Source: an uncultured Dehalococcoidia bacterium
GTDB lineage: Bacteria > Chloroflexota > Dehalococcoidia > DSTF01 > WHTK01
Direction: 5' to 3'
NCBI GenBank assembly: GCA_964422735.1
Contig: CAYRCD010000005.1
Location: forward strand, 13,039-77,038
DNA length: 64,000 nt
In this document: positions 59,318 to 64,000 of the stretch, one piece after another
Position numbering within the stretch: the first letter of the stretch is position 1
How the letters are laid out: the number at the start of each line of letters is the position of its first letter
Made by a program: the position numbers and the translations under genes
The notes under the pieces: model-generated
Seen by the model: the letters and a program-made list of their open reading frames with translations, nothing else
Databases searched by the model: none
What the model was told of the DNA's origin: nothing

Positions 59318-60451
59318 GTGAAGATTGGGCTGATTACCGACTCGATAGGGAGGGGTAGCCCCGGGCTCCAACGCTACACGATGCGCTTGAGCGAAGAGTT
59401 GATTCGCATCGTCCCGGGTGATGTCACGCTGTTCCACCGCACCGCGGCGTCGCACCCCTTCTACGATGGGAAGCAAGCGGTTGGTCTCGTCGCCCCCCGA
59501 GGCGCGCTCTTCGCGAAGCAGTTGCTGTTTAATCAGGCCGTCCGCAAGTACCACCTCGACGTGCTTCACGACACCTATCACTTCCCCCCATTCCTGTTCC
59601 CGTCGGACTACGCGCGCGTCATGACCGTGGCCGACCTGACGCCTCTGCTCATGAAAACCCACAATCTGCGAAACCGCCTTGCTCACAAGCTGCTGTTTCC
59701 TCTCCTGGTAAGGCGCGCGGACCACATCGTGACCATCTCCCAGTACACGCGGGACGACATCATCCGGGTCCTCGGCGTACCGCCTGACAAGGTCACGGCG
59801 ACGCCCCTCGCCGCGGACGAGAGCCTGGCGCCGGTCGAGGACGCCGCGCACATCGCCGAAACGAGAGCGCGTTACGCCCTGCCGGAGCGCTTCTTCCTCT
59901 ACGTCGGCACCATTGAGCCACGCAAGAACCTGCCTCGCGTGCTCGACGCGCTGTCCACGCTCCGTTGTGAGCACGCGGATGTCCGCCTCGCGATAGTGGG
60001 CGCCAGGGGCTGGGGCCAGGACCTGGCGCGGCTGGCGGCGCGTCTGGATTTGACGGACAACGTGCTCTTTCTCGGCCGCGTCCCCGAGGAGGACCTTTCG
60101 GCTCTGTACAGTGGCGCGACGGCCCTCGTGTTCCCATCTCTCTACGAGGGCTTCGGCCTCCCGCCCCTCGAGGCCCTTCAATGCGCTTGCCCGGTGATAA
60201 CGTCGAACGTGTCGAGCCTCCCGGAGGTTGTCGGCGAAGCGGCCATCCTCGTCGACCCACAATCAACGTCCGCGATCGCGGAGGCGATGAAGGCCATATT
60301 GAACAACGAATGTTTGGCCCGGGAACTAAAGGCAAAAGGTCCGATTCAGGCGAAGCGCTTCTCCTGGCGCCGCTGCGCCGAAGCGACGCTCGCCGTCTAC
60401 GAACGCGTCGCGACGCTTCCAGCGCGAAGCCCGCGGCACGCTATCTCTTAG
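59318..60451 (+). CDS. glycosyltransferase family 4 (mannosyltransferase-like)
   Basis: YVGTIEPRKN, FPSLYEGFGLPPLEA, SNVSSLPEVVG. Confidence 0.92.
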   Translation: MKIGLITDSIGRGSPGLQRYTMRLSEELIRIVPGDVTLFHRTAASHPFYDGKQAVGLVAPRGALFAKQLLFNQAVRKYHLDVLHDTYHFPPFLFPSDYARVMTVADLTPLLMKTHNLRNRLAHKLLFPLLVRRADHIVTISQYTRDDIIRVLGVPPDKVTATPLAADESLAPVEDAAHIAETRARYALPERFFLYVGTIEPRKNLPRVLDALSTLRCEHADVRLAIVGARGWGQDLARLAARLDLTDNVLFLGRVPEEDLSALYSGATALVFPSLYEGFGLPPLEALQCACPVITSNVSSLPEVVGEAAILVDPQSTSAIAEAMKAILNNECLARELKAKGPIQAKRFSWRRCAEATLAVYERVATLPARSPRHAIS

Positions 60452-60473
60452 GAGACCCGGAGAAAGTCTGCCC

Positions 60474-61958
60474 TCAGGCGGTGACCTCGCCCGAGGCAAT
60501 CCTGAACCGCCAGGCCGCGGCCATGTAGACGGCGGCCGCGGCCCCGACTGAGACCCCAAGGGGCACCCATCCGGCGATCAGCAACAGGACTGCGGCCATT
60601 ACCGCGCTCGCCAGCAGCGGCCCTCTCGCCATGCCCCAGGCGTCGCGGAGTGGCAGAAGGGCTCGCGAGTCGGCGGCCATGAAGACCAGGACTGTACATT
60701 CAGCCGCCAGCGTTGCTACGGCCGCGCCGTTAAGGCTAAAGCGGGGGAGCAGGACGACGTTCAGGGCGACATTCACGATCGCCCCAAGGAACACACCGAC
60801 CAGGTAGATACGCTGCCTGTCCCGTACCAGGAGATTGGAGCCGTAGAAGCTGGACGCGAACATCACACCGGCGGTGACGTTCAGGACCAGCATCGCGAAG
60901 GCGCCTGGCCCATACGCCTGGCCATACATCGCCACCATGAGAGGCTTGGCAACCAGCGCTCCTCCGACGGCGATTGGCAGGCCAAGACCGAGGGAGACCT
61001 TCCCGTAATAGCGCAGCAACGGCCGCGGCCCAGGACCCGCGACGGCGCGAGACTGGGCCGGAAGGAATGCCGCTCGAATCATCGCCACCATCCCCGTCAC
61101 CCACAGCGCCGGGGCGTAGGCGGCCGTGTACCAGCCGATCTGCGTTTGCTGACCGAGCGCACCCATCATGACGCGGTCGAAGTAGTAATAGACCGCCGTC
61201 GTCATCATCGCCGCGGCCACCGGCCACAGGTCGCGCAGCAGCCGGCGGGCGATCTCGGCATCGAAGTGCAGGCCGCGGGGGAGAAAGCGAAAGGCAACGA
61301 TAAGGCCCATCGCCAGCAGCGCCGCGCAACTCACAGCGAGATATGCCCCGGCGAGCACGATTACAGACGCTTCCAGGGCCACCAGGGCCGCTATCGCCGC
61401 GAGCAGCACGACCGACTGAATTGATGTGACCAGCGCCTCGATGCCCATTCGCTCGTGCGCGCGCACGACCGCCTGCAGGACAAGTGTGAGAGACGAGGTG
61501 AGCATGCCGGCGCCCAGCAGGTAGATCAGCAGCCTGGTCTGGGGGTCGTGGTTTACCAGCGGCTCGACCGCGGCGAGGAAGCCTACGAACACGAGGCTTA
61601 TCGCGAGCTTGAGGATGGCGGCCGTACCGTAATACCCGGCCGCGCGTTCGCCGCGTGCCAGGTCGCGCACGCCGATAGTCGAAAGGCCCAGGTCGGCCGC
61701 GGAGAGGAAGAAGCTCACGAATGCCAGCGCGAAACCCCAGTGGCCATACGCTTCCGGCCCCAGATGCCGGGCGAGCAGAGCGGACCGGAGAAACTGCGTG
61801 ACGCCCGCGACCACCTGGGCGGCAACCAACCATCCAGCATTGGCAAGAATGCGGCCCGCCAGAAACGCCAGGCCCGTTTCAGCGTCGTCTGCTGCCCCGG
61901 GCGCGAGAGTGGGGTCGGGGGCCGGGACGGCTCGAAGGCGCGAGGCCGTTGCGGTCAA
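60474..61958 (-). CDS. Wzx-type flippase
   Basis: LARHLGPEAYG, DLGL...GVRDLAR, DRVMM...GWY.AAY, N..LN..LLP.F...GAA.AT. Confidence 0.88.
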   Translation of the reverse strand: MTATASRLRAVPAPDPTLAPGAADDAETGLAFLAGRILANAGWLVAAQVVAGVTQFLRSALLARHLGPEAYGHWGFALAFVSFFLSAADLGLSTIGVRDLARGERAAGYYGTAAILKLAISLVFVGFLAAVEPLVNHDPQTRLLIYLLGAGMLTSSLTLVLQAVVRAHERMGIEALVTSIQSVVLLAAIAALVALEASVIVLAGAYLAVSCAALLAMGLIVAFRFLPRGLHFDAEIARRLLRDLWPVAAAMMTTAVYYYFDRVMMGALGQQTQIGWYTAAYAPALWVTGMVAMIRAAFLPAQSRAVAGPGPRPLLRYYGKVSLGLGLPIAVGGALVAKPLMVAMYGQAYGPGAFAMLVLNVTAGVMFASSFYGSNLLVRDRQRIYLVGVFLGAIVNVALNVVLLPRFSLNGAAVATLAAECTVLVFMAADSRALLPLRDAWGMARGPLLASAVMAAVLLLIAGWVPLGVSVGAAAAVYMAAAWRFRIASGEVTA

Positions 61959-63142
61959 ACCGCTTCCTCAATTGTCCGCAGCTCGCTGCCGGCACCGGCC
62001 TCGAGCACGGCCCGATAGACGGCGGCGGTCGCTTGACCAATCGGAGCCCAGTTCAACTCTCGACTGAGGCGGAGGGTTTCGCCCCCAAGGCGCTCGCGTA
62101 GTACGTCGTCTCCCAGCACCATCGTCAGGACTCGCGCAAGCGCCCCTGCGTCCCCGGGCGGAACGACCAGGGTGCGGTCCAGCACGAAGTCCGGTAGGCC
62201 CCCGACTGCGCTGACGATGAGCGGGCGGCCAAAAGGCAGCGCCAGGGCGGCGACCGCGCTCTGGGCGTCGAAATGTGTGTAGGGGAGCGCAACGACGTCA
62301 GCCGCCAGGAAGAACTCTTCGACTCGGGGCGTGGGGACGAAGTCGAGGAACAGCCGCACCGATTCAGCGATCCGGTGGCGCTGGATCGCATCGGCATAAG
62401 GTTGCCAGCTGCCCCACGGCTTGCCTGCCACGACCAGGAGCGCCCTCGGATCGCGAGCCCGCACCTCCGCGAAGGCCTCGATGAGGACGTCGAGTCCCTT
62501 GTAGGACCGGATGTTCCCAAACGCGAGGACCACGCGCGCGTCCTCTTCGATCCCGAGCCTCCGCCGCGCATCGGACCGGCTGATGCCCGTGCGGGGGGCG
62601 CCGATTGCGCCCATCGGGAGCACGTCGATGCTGTCGGGCCGGCCCGTGGCCGCGGCCAGAGCCTCCCGGTTCTTCTCCGAGTGGACAATGAAGCGGTCCG
62701 CGAAGCGAAACACCGCCTGGTTTAGCCAGCGCTTCAGGTTGCCGGACTCGTGCGGGCTAACGTTATGCACCGTCATAACCACGCGGCGACCCCGCAGACG
62801 CGCGACCGCCAGCACCGTCAGGTAGACCGGCAACAGCGCGAAGCTCCACCATTGAGCGTGGACGACGCGACCGCGGAGCGTGAGTCCCGCCCAGAGCCAG
62901 GAAAAGGGGTTGTACCACGCCAGTGGTTGGCGCACGCGCACGCCGGCGAACGTCTGCTTCGGCAGCTTCTCCGCCGGAGCGCCTCCCGGATAGAGCCATG
63001 AAGGGTAAATCGACGAGAAACCCACGAACTCGAGCTCGACGTCATCGAGGTTCGAAAGACTGCTGACCAGCTCCGCCGTATACGGCGACACACCCTTGAT
63101 CGGTGGCAGTGCGCCGATCATGGAAATGCTCGTCGAGCTCAC
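61955..63142 (-). CDS. glycosyltransferase family 4
   Basis: TVHNV.PHE, FGNIRSYKGLD, ADVVALPY...QSAV, VGGLP. GTG 63142 chosen as start. Confidence 0.88.
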   Translation of the reverse strand: MSSTSISMIGALPPIKGVSPYTAELVSSLSNLDDVELEFVGFSSIYPSWLYPGGAPAEKLPKQTFAGVRVRQPLAWYNPFSWLWAGLTLRGRVVHAQWWSFALLPVYLTVLAVARLRGRRVVMTVHNVSPHESGNLKRWLNQAVFRFADRFIVHSEKNREALAAATGRPDSIDVLPMGAIGAPRTGISRSDARRRLGIEEDARVVLAFGNIRSYKGLDVLIEAFAEVRARDPRALLVVAGKPWGSWQPYADAIQRHRIAESVRLFLDFVPTPRVEEFFLAADVVALPYTHFDAQSAVAALALPFGRPLIVSAVGGLPDFVLDRTLVVPPGDAGALARVLTMVLGDDVLRERLGGETLRLSRELNWAPIGQATAAVYRAVLEAGAGSELRTIEEAV

Positions 63143-63241
63143 GCCTGTGGTTCGGCCCGGGGTTCGCTCTTTGATCCTGGCGCCTCCGTGCACCGGTGAG
63201 ATGGCCGACGGGGCGGCGGGCTAAAGGCCATCTCTAAGTCA

Positions 63242-63268
63242 ATATCGGCAACACTCCGGTCGAGTTGA
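63242..63268 (-). promoter_or_regulatory. sigma28-type promoter
   Basis: TCAA-N15-GCCGATAT on the minus strand upstream of the GT4-flippase operon. Confidence 0.7.
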
Positions 63269-63285
63269 GGCGCCTCGTTGCTAAC

Positions 63286-63456
63286 ATGGAAGAAATGAAG
63301 GATGGCGAGGACGCAACCGGCCGTTCCAGCCGCTGGCGGCGGCGGGAAACGCGGCGCGAACGAGAGCGTCGCCGGATCAAGAAGCACGGCGCCAGCCTTC
63401 AGCGCGTGTACGTGAACGCCGTCCGGAAGCGGGTCCGAAGGCTCGGTCAGACGTAA
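63286..63456 (+). CDS. small Arg-rich hypothetical protein
   Basis: 56-aa ORF MEEMKDGED...RRERERRRIKKHG... filling an otherwise empty gap. Confidence 0.5.
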   Translation: MEEMKDGEDATGRSSRWRRRETRRERERRRIKKHGASLQRVYVNAVRKRVRRLGQT

Positions 63457-63559
63457 TCGGCACTGAGACATCTGCCGATCGGTTGACAGCCGTGATATAT
63501 TTACTCACGCGCTTTAGCGCCTGACTCTCGTTTTTCCCGCGGCTGAGGCATCCAACGAG

Positions 63560-63775
63560 ATGGTGAGCGACCCCTTCGACAATTACCTCGACCTGGTGGA
63601 GGCGGCGCGCATCCTCGCGATCCACCCGCAAAGCCTGCGCCGGCTGATCAAGCAGAAGAAGGTCCCGGCGGTGATCTTCGCCGGCAAGTACCTGATCGAG
63701 CGTGACAAGCTCGAGATGTTCAAGGCGAACTACGACCCTCGCCCGGGACGCAAGCCGCTTCGCCGCCTGCTGTAG
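63560..63775 (+). CDS. small HTH (excisionase-like) DNA-binding protein
   Basis: YLDLVEAARILAIHPQSLRRLIKQKKVPA..FAGKYLI. Confidence 0.8.
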   Translation: MVSDPFDNYLDLVEAARILAIHPQSLRRLIKQKKVPAVIFAGKYLIERDKLEMFKANYDPRPGRKPLRRLL

Positions 63776-63794
63776 CAGCCTATCTAAGAACTCA

Positions 63795-63866
63795 GTAGGC
63801 GAGGCTTTCCAGCCTTGCCGGCATGCGTGCGCGGATTCGACGCCGCGGCTGGAAAGCCCCGGCTAC
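63795..63866. repeat. inverted pair of GTAG-type REPs, family C
   Basis: GTAGGCGAGGCTTTCCAGCCTTGCC (63795-63819) and reverse copy GTAGCCGGGGCTTTCCAGCCGCGGC (63842-63866). Confidence 0.85.
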
Positions 63867-64000
63867 GGGATAGACGGACCGCCTCCTAGCTGGGAGCGAA
63901 TCGCTAGTCAGCGGCCGGCGGGCCGGCGTCTCGCGGCCAAGCCTGCGCTGCCTTCACAGCGTGTGGCATTCTCAAACGCTAGACCGGCGCCTTTATCTTG

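Noticed and set aside
63560-63775. Prophage or ICE boundary suggested by an excisionase-like gene
   Set aside because: No integrase, tRNA, att-like repeat or phage gene in the window.
63795-63866. CRISPR array
   Set aside because: Only two units, in inverted orientation, with no spacer series or cas genes.

Overview
GC-rich bacterial chromosomal segment. Gene content and style suggest Chloroflexota, probably Dehalococcoidia/Tepidiforma-like (inference, no marker gene present). Left to right: an alpha-glucan operon (glgE, treS-maltokinase fusion, glgB, GH57/DUF3536), P450 and hydrolases, galU-hypothetical-SDR operon, nickel SOD (sodN-sodX), a lone nuoB, iscS/SufR-like/iscA, yitJ-type methionine synthesis, a 1594-aa Ser/Thr kinase-STAND ATPase-TPR-class III cyclase, CoA transferases and hotdog-fold proteins, an ECF sigma/anti-sigma pair, DsbA-VKOR, and an ~18 kb surface-glycosylation island. 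No rRNA, tRNA, CRISPR array, transposase or integrase was seen. Two signals stand out. (1) REP-like palindromes of several families sit in frame at three separate loops of the kinase-STAND-cyclase gene; the same hairpin doublet, in the same reading frame, lies inside an unannotated collapsed remnant of a paralogue at 12142-12438, and the intact gene also carries an AT-richer internal segment. This suggests a repeat-diversified receptor family. (2) The glycosylation island carries six sigma28 (FliA/WhiG)-type promoter matches with exact 15-bp spacing. Many housekeeping genes appear to be leaderless. Several start coordinates were adjusted from the ORF track using RBS, overlap or promoter evidence.
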